Assembly (NCBI GenBank): GCA_945877765.1 | Contig: CAMDWQ010000001.1 | Location: 22,253 to 86,252, forward strand | DNA length: 64,000 bases | Reading direction: 5' to 3' | Source: Candidatus Omnitrophota bacterium | GTDB lineage: Bacteria > Omnitrophota > Gorgyraeia > 2-02-FULL-51-18 | Shown: positions 1 through 11,018 of the stretch, piece after piece | Layout: every line of letters begins with the position of its first letter | Position numbering within the stretch: the first letter of the stretch is position 1 | Program-made: the position numbers and the translations under genes | Notes under the pieces: model-generated | What the model saw: the letters and a program-made list of their open reading frames with translations, nothing else | Told to the model about the DNA's origin: nothing | Database searches by the model: none

Positions 1-945
1 CTCTTCTGAGGCTTTCACCACTGTTTTAAAATTTATCTTTTTGCTGTCACCACCGGCCAAACGATAAATCTTTGAATCCGCATGATCCTTTTGGTAAGCC
101 TCGGCACGAAGAGATACTCCCAGATCAATCGACCACCAAGGCCGGTCCTTGGCCCAAACTTCTAGGTCTGGACTTAAAATATCATCCGGTGTATTAAAAA
201 GCCATTCACCAGAGGCTCCGTTAGCACCACGGTAAACCTCGCCGTTGATTAATATCCCGCAACCATCCCCCGAATAAAAGTAAACGGCGTGTTTGAGGCC
301 TAATTTTGAACCGTACCAATTTTCGGCAAACATAGCCGTGTTGGCATCATTGTCTACAAAAGTGGAAATCCCAAGTTTCCCCTCAAACATTCCATGAATG
401 GAGAAATTGATGTGAAGATCTTGATCCACAAGTCCCGCTTCCCAGCGGACCGAGTTGGAGTCGCGGTTTAAGGGGCCAGGCATTCCAATTCCGATTCCGT
501 AAACCTTTGCAATATCTACGTTGGACTTTTGAATAAGTTCCTCCGCCAGCAACACCATCAGCGGAACCAATTCTTCGCCCGGTTTTAGTGAGCGCTCTTT
601 TTCGATGCGGTGAATCACCTCGCCTTTAAAATTTGTCAGCACTGCTATCATTTTTGTCAGACTGAGACCGATACCGATCGCGTACATCGCAAACGGATTT
701 AAATCTACCAGCGTCGGTTTGCGGCCGCCGGTCGATACATCAATACCCACTTCCTTGATGACGTTCTTTTTGATGTACTGGTCCACATAACTGGTTACGG
801 TAACAATATTCAGTCCAATCAAACGTGAAATTTCAGCGCGTGCGATAGGCCCTTTTTTGCGGATTGTATCCAGAATCTGAAGATTTTTCTTTTCGTGATC
901 CGAAAGGTCAACTTGGTCAAGAAGCCTTCTTTTGGCCATTAGCAT
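1..945 (-). CDS. ROK family transcriptional regulator (runs off the window start)
   Basis: Manual translation from ATG 945/939 gives MAKRRLLDQVDLSDHEKKNLQILDTIRKKGPIARAEISRLIGLNIVTV...STGGRKP, a wHTH N-terminus paralogous to the neighbouring ROK gene; VDNDAN motif further on. Confidence 0.85.
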   Translation of the reverse strand, partial: MLMAKRRLLDQVDLSDHEKKNLQILDTIRKKGPIARAEISRLIGLNIVTVTSYVDQYIKKNVIKEVGIDVSTGGRKPTLVDLNPFAMYAIGIGLSLTKMIAVLTNFKGEVIHRIEKERSLKPGEELVPLMVLLAEELIQKSNVDIAKVYGIGIGMPGPLNRDSNSVRWEAGLVDQDLHINFSIHGMFEGKLGISTFVDNDANTAMFAENWYGSKLGLKHAVYFYSGDGCGILINGEVYRGANGASGEWLFNTPDDILSPDLEVWAKDRPWWSIDLGVSLRAEAYQKDHADSKIYRLAGGDSKKINFKTVVKASEE

Positions 946-947
946 AA

Positions 948-2174
948 TTAAATCTCCGCGAAAAGCTCTTGAGTGACAAGACAGATAGCCCCTAGCGCCA
1001 CCGCGTCTTCCCCAAGTCGTGACATGATAATCTTAACAATTCCCGCTGTTTCTTCCATTACCAATTGCTTGACAATGCGTCGAACCGTCGAAAGCATAAG
1101 ATCGCCACCGCGTTCCACGCCACCGCCTAGCACAACCACCTCAGGATTGAAAAAATTGGTTAAATAGGCGACTTTAAGACCCATGCGAGCTCCGGCCTCT
1201 TCCACGATACTTGTCGCCAACAAGTCCCCACGATTAGCTGCCTCATAAACAAGAGCGGCGTCAATTTTTTCAGGGTCCTTGGCAGCCATTTCCGATAGCT
1301 TAGACTGGGCGTCTTTTTTAATCGCCTCTTTAGCTCTACGCGCAATACCTAAATCAAGACCTTCAGATCTAAAAAAATCAGTTTTGTGCACCCAAGGTTC
1401 AATCGCCAGTCCTTCAAGGTTGTCCAGGTTCAACTGGATCTCTCCAGCGCTCCAGCTAGACCCCCAAAAAAGATCGTTATTGGCAATGATACCGCTGCCA
1501 ACATCGGAATAAAAAAATAGGACGTTTTCATCGTCAATACGAAGACTAAGTTTTTTTTCAGCCAGCGCTGCAAGACTTGCATCATTTCCCACGGACACAG
1601 GCACACGAAATTCTTTTTCAAGAATTCCTTTTGCTGTCGCAAAGCTTCCGACCGTCTTCCCACGCATGATATCGGTATCGCGAATCGTTCCCGCGCCACG
1701 ATCAATTACCCCAGAAATACCCAAACCAACACCCTTTAATTTCTCAGGCGAAATTTTTGATTCCTCGATAGCGCGCCGCACCAACTTTACCGCTTCCGCA
1801 ATGGCTACCTCCATGTGACCCATCGGGCGCTTAATCTTTAGCTTATGAATCACTTTGGCGCTCATATCTGAGATAATAGCCACCAAATTGACTGGGCCAA
1901 TCTCTACTCCAATCAAATTTCCCCATTCGCCATTCAATTCCACAAGCTCAGGCCGCCGGCCGCCGCTAGATATATCAAGCCCTTTTTCTACAACAAGTTT
2001 CTGGTCAATGTAATGCTCTACATAGTTAGAAACAGTGACAATATTAAACTGGGTAATACGGGAAATGTCAGTCTTGGCGATGGGGCCATTTCGACGAATA
2101 ACATCCAGCAGAATAATATTTTTTCTTTCACGATCGGTTAAATGATCGCTTTTATAAAGTGAACGATAGGCCAT
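948..2174 (-). CDS. ROK family transcriptional regulator (NagC/XylR-like)
   Basis: N-terminal wHTH, SSGGRRP, GNDASLAALAE and NPEVVVLGGG motifs. Confidence 0.9.
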   Translation of the reverse strand: MAYRSLYKSDHLTDRERKNIILLDVIRRNGPIAKTDISRITQFNIVTVSNYVEHYIDQKLVVEKGLDISSGGRRPELVELNGEWGNLIGVEIGPVNLVAIISDMSAKVIHKLKIKRPMGHMEVAIAEAVKLVRRAIEESKISPEKLKGVGLGISGVIDRGAGTIRDTDIMRGKTVGSFATAKGILEKEFRVPVSVGNDASLAALAEKKLSLRIDDENVLFFYSDVGSGIIANNDLFWGSSWSAGEIQLNLDNLEGLAIEPWVHKTDFFRSEGLDLGIARRAKEAIKKDAQSKLSEMAAKDPEKIDAALVYEAANRGDLLATSIVEEAGARMGLKVAYLTNFFNPEVVVLGGGVERGGDLMLSTVRRIVKQLVMEETAGIVKIIMSRLGEDAVALGAICLVTQELFAEI

Positions 2175-2323
2175 TATTCCCTTTCCACATCAGCTAGCGT
2201 GATTCAATCGCTTAAATAAATTGCTATTCTTTAAAAAGTACTTAAGCGTGATTATAAATAAATAGAAATAAAATAAATATCGTTAGCTGAATTATAACTC
2301 AGATTACAAAAAAACAAAACAAC

Positions 2324-2359
2324 AAAAAAGACCTTTGTTGCTCAACAAAGGTCTTTTTT
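2324..2359. terminator. Intrinsic (probably bidirectional) terminator downstream of glutamine synthetase
   Basis: aaaaaagacctttgttg-ct-caacaaaggtctttttt perfect inverted repeat with A/T tails. Confidence 0.85.
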
Positions 2360-2373
2360 TAAATCTATCTAGA

Positions 2374-4542
2374 TTAAAGCTTAAACAACATGTCGGCGTA
2401 TGAAGGAACCGGCCAGCAGCAAGTAGGCAGCAGCGTCTCTAACGCGTCAATATCCTTACGCAGTTCATTGGCTGCAGGGACCACTTTATCACGGAACGCG
2501 GCAGCTTTTTGATGGGCCTCAGAAACGCTTTGGGCCTTTTTGGTTGCCGCTTCAAGCAGCTCAAGCTTCTTGGCAGAAGAGTCCAAGAGCACCGAAATCT
2601 CACTCAAGAGATCTTTTTGAACCGAGGAAGACACCCCCACCGCGCGCAAACCTGAAATGATCTGAGCCAGCTCTCCGGTGTAACGCATCACCGCAGGCAG
2701 GTACTGACGCTTGACCATCTCAATCGAAGCTCTCGCCTCAATATTAATGTCCTTGGAATATTTCTCCAAATACACTTCATAGCGGGAATGCAGCTCTCCC
2801 TTGGTCAGGACTTTATATTTTTCAAACAATTTAGCGGTTTCAGGCTTAGCCAATACTTCCAAAGCCTCAACCATTGAGCGGATATTGGGAAGCCCGCGCT
2901 TCTTGGCTTCCTTGACCCACTCTTCCGAATAGTTGTTTCCGTTAAATATGATACGGCCATGCTTATTGATCGTCTCTTTAATGATTGCGGCTGCTTCCTT
3001 GTTCACATCCTTGGCTTTTTCAAGGCGAGTGGCAATCTCATCCAAAGCTTCCGCGGTGATCGTATTCAGCACCGTGTTGGGCCCTGAAATTGAAATCGAT
3101 GACGGAACCATGCGAAACTCAAACTTATTCCCCGTAAAAGCAAACGGAGAGGTTCGGTTACGATCGGTATTGTCCTTGGGAAGCGCTGGTAGAGAATCGG
3201 CTCCGATATTGAGGTAGTGCTGGCCCTTGGATTCTGCCTTTTTGCCTTTGGCTAAATCAAAAAGGATGTCCGAAAGCTCCTCCCCCATAAACACGGAAAT
3301 AATCGCCGGCGGCGCCTCGTTGGCACCCAAGCGAAGATCGTTGCCCGTGTTGGCCGCTCCCGCTCTCAATAAATCCGCATGCACATCCACCGCTTTAATC
3401 ACGGCACTGGTAAATACCAAAAACTGCTCGTTGTCATGCGGTGTTTTGCCGGGCTCTAACAGGTTGTGTCCATCATCGGTTGCCAGAGACCAGTTGTTGT
3501 GCTTTCCTGATCCGTTGACTCCAGCAAACGGCTTTTCGTGCAAAAGACAAACCAACCCTAACCTCAACGCGACTTTCTGAAGCGTTTCCATGACCAGCTG
3601 ATTGTGGTCAGCGGCAATGTTGGTGGTAGTAAAAATCGGCGCCAATTCAAACTGCGCAGGTGCCACTTCATTGTGCTTGGTTTTAGCGGAAACACCCATT
3701 TTCCAAAGCTCGATATCCAAATCTTTCATAAAACGAGAAATACGGTCTTTGATAGAGCCAAAATACTGATCTTCGAGCTCCTGCCCTTTCGGGGAAGGTG
3801 CTCCGAAAAGAGTACGGCCAGACGACATCAAGTCAAGACGCTGATCATAAAACTTTTTATCAATCAAAAAGTATTCCTGCTCAGGCCCCACCGTTGCCGT
3901 TACGCGTGTCGACGTCTTGTTGCCCAGCGCACGAAGCACGCGCATCGCTTGCTTGGAAACTGCTTCCATCGAACGCAAAAGCGGCGTTTTTTTATCCAGC
4001 GCTTCGCCGGTATAAGAACAAAAAGCCGTCGGAATAAAAAGCGTCACATCCCCAGAAGAATCTTCTTTTAAAAATGCCGGTGAGGTGCAATCCCATGCCG
4101 TGTAGCCGCGAGCTTCAAAAGTCGCACGCAATCCGCCCGAAGGAAATGAAGAGGCATCCGGCTCGCCTTGAATCAACTGTTTCCCTGAAAATTCCATAAT
4201 GACGCTTCCGTCACCGGCAGGCGCAATAAACGAATCGTGCTTTTCCGCGGTAATACCCGTCAGCGGCTGGAACCAGTGCGTGTAATGTGAAGCGCCTCTC
4301 TCAATAGCCCAATCTTTCATCGCATTGGCCACGACATTTGCTACATCCAGCGAAAGCGGAGCGCCCTGCTCAATCGTTTTGCGCAAACCTTTGTAAGTTT
4401 CTTTTGGGAGACGCTCTCTCATGACTTTGTCATTAAAAACATTAGAACCAAAAATCTTGGTGATGTCTTTGGTGGATGAGGACCGCCCAGCGCTGTGTCC
4501 GTTGGTTCCTAGTACTTGCTTGATTTCATGCAGAGTCGCCAT
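2374..4542 (-). CDS. glnA: Glutamine synthetase type III
   Basis: [70 protein letters not shown]; ATG 4542 has GGAG upstream (ORF track starts at 4554). Confidence 0.95.
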   Translation of the reverse strand: MATLHEIKQVLGTNGHSAGRSSSTKDITKIFGSNVFNDKVMRERLPKETYKGLRKTIEQGAPLSLDVANVVANAMKDWAIERGASHYTHWFQPLTGITAEKHDSFIAPAGDGSVIMEFSGKQLIQGEPDASSFPSGGLRATFEARGYTAWDCTSPAFLKEDSSGDVTLFIPTAFCSYTGEALDKKTPLLRSMEAVSKQAMRVLRALGNKTSTRVTATVGPEQEYFLIDKKFYDQRLDLMSSGRTLFGAPSPKGQELEDQYFGSIKDRISRFMKDLDIELWKMGVSAKTKHNEVAPAQFELAPIFTTTNIAADHNQLVMETLQKVALRLGLVCLLHEKPFAGVNGSGKHNNWSLATDDGHNLLEPGKTPHDNEQFLVFTSAVIKAVDVHADLLRAGAANTGNDLRLGANEAPPAIISVFMGEELSDILFDLAKGKKAESKGQHYLNIGADSLPALPKDNTDRNRTSPFAFTGNKFEFRMVPSSISISGPNTVLNTITAEALDEIATRLEKAKDVNKEAAAIIKETINKHGRIIFNGNNYSEEWVKEAKKRGLPNIRSMVEALEVLAKPETAKLFEKYKVLTKGELHSRYEVYLEKYSKDINIEARASIEMVKRQYLPAVMRYTGELAQIISGLRAVGVSSSVQKDLLSEISVLLDSSAKKLELLEAATKKAQSVSEAHQKAAAFRDKVVPAANELRKDIDALETLLPTCCWPVPSYADMLFKL

Positions 4543-4615
4543 AACAATCTCCATTGGTTAACTGTGTTTACAAAAAACTATTTTTTAAAAAAACTTGGCC
4601 CAATACCGCTGGCTT

Positions 4616-4644
4616 AAATTACTTCAAGCGCTTCCAACTGTCAA
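4616..4644 (-). promoter_or_regulatory. Putative sigma70 promoter of the GSIII gene
   Basis: TTGACA-N17-TAATTT on the minus strand. Confidence 0.5.
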
Positions 4645-4779
4645 TCACTATCAGAAACCACCATTAAACTACCAGTCAATAGTAGCTCATGAAGATAACA
4701 GGTTATTTTCGGATAGGTTACAAATAGATTACGAGCCGCCTTATGGATACTTAAAATTAGCAACTCGTGACTATCGACG

Positions 4780-5547
4780 CTAATTTTTAAGTAAAATTCC
4801 GACTGGGCAGTGATCAGAGCCCATGACATCGGGCGTAATAAACGCATCCGCCAGCCGCGTCCGCAAATCCTCCGAAATAAAATGATAATCAATTCGCCAA
4901 CCGGCATTACGTTCACGCGCCCGGGTCCTCATGTCCCACCAACTGTATTGTTCCGCCGCTTGATTAAACTCACGAAACGTGTCCACAAAACCCGCCGCGA
5001 TCAATCGATCCAACCACGCGCGCTCCACCGGCATGAACCCCGATGTATTTTCATTCTCTTTTGGATTTTTTAAATCAATCGCTTGGTGCGCTGTGTTGTA
5101 GTCGCCGCTAATGACCAACTTCTTCCCTTTTTTCCTGAGTGCCAAAAAATATTTAAGCGCCTGATCATAAAAATCCAGTTTAAATTGAAGCCGTTCTGGG
5201 CCACGGCCGCCATTGGGGAAATAAATATTTAGGAGCGTGAAATCTTCAAACTCTGTTTCGAGCACCCTTCCCTCACAGTCAAAAACACCGACGCCAATTC
5301 CCCTTTTGACAACGAGCGGTTTTTTTCGTGAGAGCGTGGCGACACCGCTATAACCTGGGCGATCGGCGGAATTCCAACAAGAACTGTAACCGGGAAGAGA
5401 AATAATTTCAGCGGGGACCTGAATCTCCTGTGCTTTGATTTCTTGAAGACAGACAATGTCCGGGGATTCGCGGGATAGCCAATCCAGAAAACCCTTTTTA
5501 TGAACAGCGCGAATGCCGTTAATGTTCCAGGAAATAATTTTGATCAA
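4780..5547 (-). CDS. xth: Exodeoxyribonuclease III / AP endonuclease
   Basis: SWNINGIRA, CLQEIK, GDYNTAH, GWRIDY, GSDHCP motifs. Confidence 0.95.
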   Translation of the reverse strand: MIKIISWNINGIRAVHKKGFLDWLSRESPDIVCLQEIKAQEIQVPAEIISLPGYSSCWNSADRPGYSGVATLSRKKPLVVKRGIGVGVFDCEGRVLETEFEDFTLLNIYFPNGGRGPERLQFKLDFYDQALKYFLALRKKGKKLVISGDYNTAHQAIDLKNPKENENTSGFMPVERAWLDRLIAAGFVDTFREFNQAAEQYSWWDMRTRARERNAGWRIDYHFISEDLRTRLADAFITPDVMGSDHCPVGILLKN

Positions 5548-6140
5548 AGACTGGTGAGGCTTTTAAAAAGCTCGCCGTATTTTCGCGTTACTTTAAACTG
5601 TGGGTGCTGCTTTAGAATTTTATCGGGCGGGTTAAAAAAAATACCTCGATCAGCTGCCTTGAGCATGGAGACATCGTTGTAAGAATCCCCGGCGGCATGC
5701 ACCCTAAATCCAATACTCTGAAGGGCACGCACCGCCTTTTTTTTACCGTCGGGCTGACGTAAGCGATAGCCAACAACGTAACCGCTGCGGTCCACCTGAA
5801 GGCTGTTGCAAAAAATAGTGGGAAATAAAAGCTGCTTCATTAATGGCATAGCAAACTCATCAAATGTATCGGAAAGAATAATCACCTGATGGCGGGCTCT
5901 AAGCTGATTCAGAAAGGCGGCTGCTTGGGGCAGGGGCTTCATCGAGGCAATCACGCGCTGCACCTCTTTTAGCGGGATACGATTGCGCCGGAGAATCTCA
6001 ATCCTCCGACGCATCAATACATCGTAATCGGGAACATCTCTCGTCGTCAGAGCCAGTTCTTTGATTCCTGTCTTAAGAGAAACCTGTATCCAAATCTCAG
6101 GAACCAGGACTCCTTCCAAATCAAGACAAACAACAAGCAT
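5544..6140 (-). CDS. thrH: Phosphoserine phosphatase / homoserine phosphotransferase (HAD)
   Basis: CLDLEGVLVPEIW, TTRDVPDYD, AAGDSYND motifs typical of ThrH. Confidence 0.92.
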   Translation of the reverse strand: MLVVCLDLEGVLVPEIWIQVSLKTGIKELALTTRDVPDYDVLMRRRIEILRRNRIPLKEVQRVIASMKPLPQAAAFLNQLRARHQVIILSDTFDEFAMPLMKQLLFPTIFCNSLQVDRSGYVVGYRLRQPDGKKKAVRALQSIGFRVHAAGDSYNDVSMLKAADRGIFFNPPDKILKQHPQFKVTRKYGELFKSLTSL

Positions 6141-6157
6141 TGGACGGCGTTGGCAGC

Positions 6158-6799
6158 TTAGAGACCGTAGAACTGCTTGATCTTCTTATCTTGGTCAGCC
6201 TTAAACACCTTGTACATTTGTTCGCGCTGGTCAAGCGGCATTTTATCCATCTTCTCCATCAACGCTTTTCTCTGACCCTCATAATCCTTGTCAAAGGCAG
6301 TCATTTTTTCTTCTTTTGGCCCAATTTTCATCAGCTTTAATTTGTCCGCTAGCTCCGCACGGTCTGTCTTTACTTTTTCCTGATAATCGCGAAGCACTTT
6401 TTCCTTCGGGTCCGGCGTAAAAGCCTGCAATTCCTTTTCCAATCCCTGACGTGCCGCTCTTACTTTATCGGCAAAATCACGCGCCATCTTCTCACGCTCA
6501 CCAATGGCCATAGAAAGGTATTTTTCCTGAAAAGCTGCTTTTTCTTTCTCAATCTTCTCTGTAAAAGTCCGGATTTCATCGGGTGACTTTTTGGCAAGAG
6601 CCTCCTGGACTTTTCTCTGGGTTTCTGCGTTACGCGCGGCTTCGTCCTTGCCAGACTTTTCCGCCGATGAAGCGAGCGATACTTTCTCGGGTTCAACGGG
6701 ATTTGGCTTTTTATCAGCCGCTCTTGCCTGCTCTGAACCAACGCCACCAACAATAACCAAAGTTGCTAAAACAAACCCCATAAAAAATCTTTTTTTCAT
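6158..6799 (-). CDS. Secreted helical K/E-rich hypothetical protein
   Basis: Signal peptide MKKRFFMGFVLATLVIVGG...ARA; charged helical body. Confidence 0.75.
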   Translation of the reverse strand: MKKRFFMGFVLATLVIVGGVGSEQARAADKKPNPVEPEKVSLASSAEKSGKDEAARNAETQRKVQEALAKKSPDEIRTFTEKIEKEKAAFQEKYLSMAIGEREKMARDFADKVRAARQGLEKELQAFTPDPKEKVLRDYQEKVKTDRAELADKLKLMKIGPKEEKMTAFDKDYEGQRKALMEKMDKMPLDQREQMYKVFKADQDKKIKQFYGL

Positions 6800-6960
6800 T
6801 TTCTTTTACCCTTTTTGTTTAAAAAATTGGCTATGCTCTTACACTAAAAAGTTCGTGACCGACGAGTACCCTTTTTTAAAAGCAATCGAACGTTATTATG
6901 TCATCCTCGGCCAAAAACATCAATAAAAAACCCAAGTAATTTACCTATAAAATTAGAGAT

Positions 6961-7575
6961 TTATTTTTGCCTTTTAGACCGCAGCCACTCCACAAGGATG
7001 GGCGCGAATGAGAGGAGAATAACGACAAGGATTACCCAGTGAAGTTTTTTGTCGATACCCGGAACCAGGCGCCCCAAGTAGTAACCTACCGAGGTCATGC
7101 TCAAGACCCATAGAGTCCCGCCTATCACATTGAATAGCAAAAATTTTTTGTAGGACATTCGGCCTACTCCTGCAACGGTCGGCGCAAAGGTGCGCACAAT
7201 CGGCACAAAGCGGGCCAACACAATGGTCTTAGCGCCATGTCTTTCAAAAAATTCATGCGTGCGTTCAAGGTATTTTTTTTTGAAAAAAAAGGATTCTTCT
7301 TTTTTAAAAATTTTGGGGCCCGCGCAAGATCCGATCCAATACCCCAGGCTGTCCCCCAAGATCGCAGCGGCTATTAATAAAAGATTAAGCTGCAGAAAAT
7401 CAAATTTTCCCTGAGAAGCTATAAAACCCGCGGTTACCAAAAGCGAATCTCCTGGGAGAAAAAAACCAACCAATAAGCCGGTCTCACAAAAGACGATGGC
7501 CGCCATACCGGTGTAACCAGCCCACGCGATCAGCTGATCTAGATGGTGTAATTTGGAAAAAATTTCATGAATCAT
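6961..7575 (-). CDS. dedA: DedA/VTT family membrane protein
   Basis: ETGLLVGFFLPGDSLL and ARFVPIVRTFAP motifs. Confidence 0.93.
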   Translation of the reverse strand: MIHEIFSKLHHLDQLIAWAGYTGMAAIVFCETGLLVGFFLPGDSLLVTAGFIASQGKFDFLQLNLLLIAAAILGDSLGYWIGSCAGPKIFKKEESFFFKKKYLERTHEFFERHGAKTIVLARFVPIVRTFAPTVAGVGRMSYKKFLLFNVIGGTLWVLSMTSVGYYLGRLVPGIDKKLHWVILVVILLSFAPILVEWLRSKRQK

Positions 7576-7596
7576 GGATTCCCTGGCAATTTGTCT

Positions 7597-8820
7597 TTAA
7601 TGAACGCGGCTAAAATCGTAGCTAGTGTATTCTCTCTTGGTAATTTTTCCATTGACGAAAGCCTCGTAAAACGCATCTACTACCTCGGGGTCAAATTGAG
7701 ATCCAGCGCAGCGCCTCAATTCCTCGAATGCCTGTTGGGGCGATGTGGCCTCTTTATAAGATCGGGCCGTCGTAATCGTGTCATAGGAATCCGCAACGTT
7801 TACGATTCGCCCGATAATCGGAATTTCATTTCCCTTTAAACCGCTAGGATAACCTTTACCGTCAAATCGTTCGTGATGGTACAGCACCCCGTCCGCCAGA
7901 TTGGTAAGACCTGTCACGGGTTTCATAATATTAGCACCAATAGTGACGTGACTTTTCATGATTTCAAATTCATCGGGATCTAATTTTGATGACTTGTTTA
8001 GAATCTGATCCTTGATACCGATCTTTCCAATGTCATGCAAGAGCGCCGACAGCTGCACCGTCTCCATGAAATCCCGGTCATATTCCAACGCCCCCCTATC
8101 AATCAACTGCTTGGCGATGACCAGACTGTAATGGGAAACACGCTCAGAATGACCATGAGTGTAGCGATCACGCGCATCAATTGCCGTTGCCAAGGCAATG
8201 GATGTATGAATTAAAAGGCTATGCTCCTTGTCGACGGCGGTTTTAAGATCTTGAATTAGCTCCGCGTTCTTAACGGCCATCGCCACATCATTGGCCAGGG
8301 TCACAAAAAGGCTGATTTCGGGCTCATAATAAACTTCACCTGACAATTTGTCCCCGAGAATTAGAATGGCAACCAGTTCATTCTTATAAAAGCTCGGAAC
8401 GCAAATGGCTGCCCGCAAAAAAGTCATGTGTTTGCGTATGTCATCATAGTGGGTCGCGCGGTCTTCTTTCTTATTCACCAGCATTTCAAAATTCTGTAAA
8501 TGGTCAAGCTCATTAAAGATCAAAGCTTCTTTTCGCGCGAAAGCACCGTTATCTCGGGAGTGAAAAAAGCTGACCAAGGGATTGTTTTTAAGGACTCGCA
8601 CATAACCCACGGGAATTTTAGTTCCCCCCTCGCCTTTGCTGTCGATGAGGACATAGGAGTTTCTCTTGCGGTCGTATAGAAGAACCGCGACATGGGTAAC
8701 ACCAATTTGGCGGTCAATAAACCGCGTGATCATGCGCAAGAGCGTGATGGGGTCCTTGACTCGGATCATGCCTTTGGAGGCATTAAGAAGGGCTTCTTGA
8801 TAATCTACGCGAGAATACAT
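7597..8820 (-). CDS. GAF-like + HD-GYP cyclic dinucleotide phosphodiesterase
   Basis: YTHGHSERV, LLHDIGK, HHERFDGKGYP, ADSYD motifs. Confidence 0.9.
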   Translation of the reverse strand: MYSRVDYQEALLNASKGMIRVKDPITLLRMITRFIDRQIGVTHVAVLLYDRKRNSYVLIDSKGEGGTKIPVGYVRVLKNNPLVSFFHSRDNGAFARKEALIFNELDHLQNFEMLVNKKEDRATHYDDIRKHMTFLRAAICVPSFYKNELVAILILGDKLSGEVYYEPEISLFVTLANDVAMAVKNAELIQDLKTAVDKEHSLLIHTSIALATAIDARDRYTHGHSERVSHYSLVIAKQLIDRGALEYDRDFMETVQLSALLHDIGKIGIKDQILNKSSKLDPDEFEIMKSHVTIGANIMKPVTGLTNLADGVLYHHERFDGKGYPSGLKGNEIPIIGRIVNVADSYDTITTARSYKEATSPQQAFEELRRCAGSQFDPEVVDAFYEAFVNGKITKREYTSYDFSRVH

Positions 8821-9222
8821 TTAGTTGGCTGTCAGACCAAGAGCTTTAATTTTTTGAAAGACTGTGGACTCAAGATACTCCAACACCAAAGGTTTGGTGA
8901 TGTAATCATCCGCCCCTAGCCGGCGGGCTTCCTCTATCGTTTCCTCATCTTCGATACCCGTTACCATAATGACTTTTATACCAGGAAACTGTTGCTTTAT
9001 TTGAGGTAGATACTCCATTCCTTCACGAGGCCGGCGCATCGACACATCCAAAATTACAAGGTCTGTCCTGTCTTGGGCTAATTTTGCCATTGCCTCATCC
9101 CCGTTGGCCGCTGTCACCACCTGATAGCCTCGCATTCCAAAAAAAGATTTAACAAAATTGCAAATATCCATTTCGTTATCAACGACCATCAATTTTGGAT
9201 TTGCGCGCATGAAGTTCCCCAT
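8821..9222 (-). CDS. Single-domain response regulator receiver
   Basis: VVDNE, LVILD, VIMVT, ADDYITKP. Confidence 0.9.
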   Translation of the reverse strand: MGNFMRANPKLMVVDNEMDICNFVKSFFGMRGYQVVTAANGDEAMAKLAQDRTDLVILDVSMRRPREGMEYLPQIKQQFPGIKVIMVTGIEDEETIEEARRLGADDYITKPLVLEYLESTVFQKIKALGLTAN

Positions 9223-9345
9223 TAAAAATACAAATACTTTTTTCGGTATTATATTAACAAAAGTAACTATTTATTACAAACGATATTAGATTATATCTAT
9301 GGATTCAATTGTTTATATAGGTGTGTTTTGCTTGCGAAGGGAAAT

Positions 9346-10980
9346 TTATTTCTGTTTTAGGTGAGCCGAAAGATAGCCATTGGTAAGCCCATCGATGCCG
9401 GCAACGAGCTCTTCCAGGCGGAGTTGTTGTTCTAGCTGAGTACGCAATTCCTTGGCAGGATTGATCGCGAGCTGAACCTGAAGCCGACGACGCTCATAGT
9501 AGAGATGCGTGACCTCATTTAATACATCATCCCTAAGCTCTACCATAAGCCGTGAGCGCGTATCAATGGATGTCTGATCGTCGTTCCAAAGAAGATCTCC
9601 CAAATCCCAACTCATCCCCAAAGACCAATCGTTGCTCAAATCCTCGGGGCCCTCGATAAACCGGTCAACATCCGCGGTGCCTCCGCGGTCAAGATCAATA
9701 TTGTTGTTGCGATTTATTTTTTGACTTACCGAAACTGTCGGAAGCCACGCTTTTTTTTGCGCGGCTCGCCGCCATTCTTGAATTTTTCTTGGATGAACTT
9801 CGGCATACTCGATCGCCGCTTTTTGGATCTGGGCAATCGACGGCTCGCCTTCAAAAATTTTTAGAATATCCTCGGCTGCCGGTAAAAGCTTGGTAGGCTC
9901 TTTGCCTATTATTTGAGTTTTATTTTCGCTAGCGGAGCTACTCCCTTGAAGTCCGGCGTCCGGAGAGAGGTATTCGAAAATGCCTTTTTTTGTCGCCGCC
10001 AGAAGCCGGTCTCGGCCGGTGTCGTAGGTAATTTTGTAAGTTTGACGGCTTTCCAATCCCTCTGAAATATCCTCAAAAATAGACCTTTCGGGATTCCATC
10101 GATAAACGCCGCGTTCGGTTGCCGCATAAAAAAATTGGCCAGAAGACGCAAGGTGGTTGATCATCCCGCCGGTATCCGAGCCCAAGTGACGCCAAGACAG
10201 TTCCTCTGGCGCAGTCTGGTAAATCCTCCCAGCAGCGGCCGCAATCATTTGATTCGACTTTGGGTGGTAGATGAGACTGGCTGTGGCGGGACTCAAAACC
10301 ATTTCCTCTACCCCCAATTGTTGGAGTGAATCATTGGCCTTATCCTCATCGTTATCGCGCTGGACGGCAACTCTTTGCCAACGATCGCCGTCATCACCGC
10401 TACGGTAAATACCGTCCGCGGCGGCAACAAGAATAGTTTCTGAGCCGGCTCCATGAAAGAGAATGGAATAAACCGCGAGGTTCGGAAATGCTGCCTTTTT
10501 TAGCGTCTGGCCCGTCGAATCATCAACCACCACAATACCGGAGGCCGTACCTAACCAAAGACGGCCCTCCTTCGCCGGATTCATCGCCGCGCAGAATATA
10601 GTTTTAGAAGTTCCCCTGCCGCCCTGATAGAATAAATTCCAATTCTTTCCCGAATCGTTCGAGCGCCATACACCACTGCTGGATGCCAGGTAAAGTTTGC
10701 CCGGCGTTGAAGCGTCGATACCCACCCAGCGGATTTCCGCATCCGATCCGCGGAGGGTAAAAATCCTTGCCCACGAATCCCCGTTATTGACCGTCTTGTA
10801 CAGACGTTTTTGGGATGATGCGTAAAGAATATTGGGGTTGACGCTGTCCGCTGCAACCCACCGAACATCGCTTTCAGGAAGCGAGCTTGAGAGGGTGGTC
10901 CACTGGGCATACGCACGGCTCGACAAAAAACCACCCGATAGAGCGGCAACAAAACAGATAAGCAAAATTTTCTTTTTCAA
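9346..10980 (-). CDS. Secreted beta-propeller (BNR/Ycf48-like) protein with a C-terminal outer-membrane-efflux-like segment
   Basis: Signal peptide; Asp-box-like YKTVNNGDSW, WRSNDSGKNW, YRSGDDGDRW; C-terminal AWLPTVSVS...LGMSWDL...NEVTHLYYE. Confidence 0.7.
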   Translation of the reverse strand: MKKKILLICFVAALSGGFLSSRAYAQWTTLSSSLPESDVRWVAADSVNPNILYASSQKRLYKTVNNGDSWARIFTLRGSDAEIRWVGIDASTPGKLYLASSSGVWRSNDSGKNWNLFYQGGRGTSKTIFCAAMNPAKEGRLWLGTASGIVVVDDSTGQTLKKAAFPNLAVYSILFHGAGSETILVAAADGIYRSGDDGDRWQRVAVQRDNDEDKANDSLQQLGVEEMVLSPATASLIYHPKSNQMIAAAAGRIYQTAPEELSWRHLGSDTGGMINHLASSGQFFYAATERGVYRWNPERSIFEDISEGLESRQTYKITYDTGRDRLLAATKKGIFEYLSPDAGLQGSSSASENKTQIIGKEPTKLLPAAEDILKIFEGEPSIAQIQKAAIEYAEVHPRKIQEWRRAAQKKAWLPTVSVSQKINRNNNIDLDRGGTADVDRFIEGPEDLSNDWSLGMSWDLGDLLWNDDQTSIDTRSRLMVELRDDVLNEVTHLYYERRRLQVQLAINPAKELRTQLEQQLRLEELVAGIDGLTNGYLSAHLKQK

Positions 10981-11018
10981 GAAATCCTCCGGTTTGGCAA
11001 AGTCCTACACCAAAAGGA

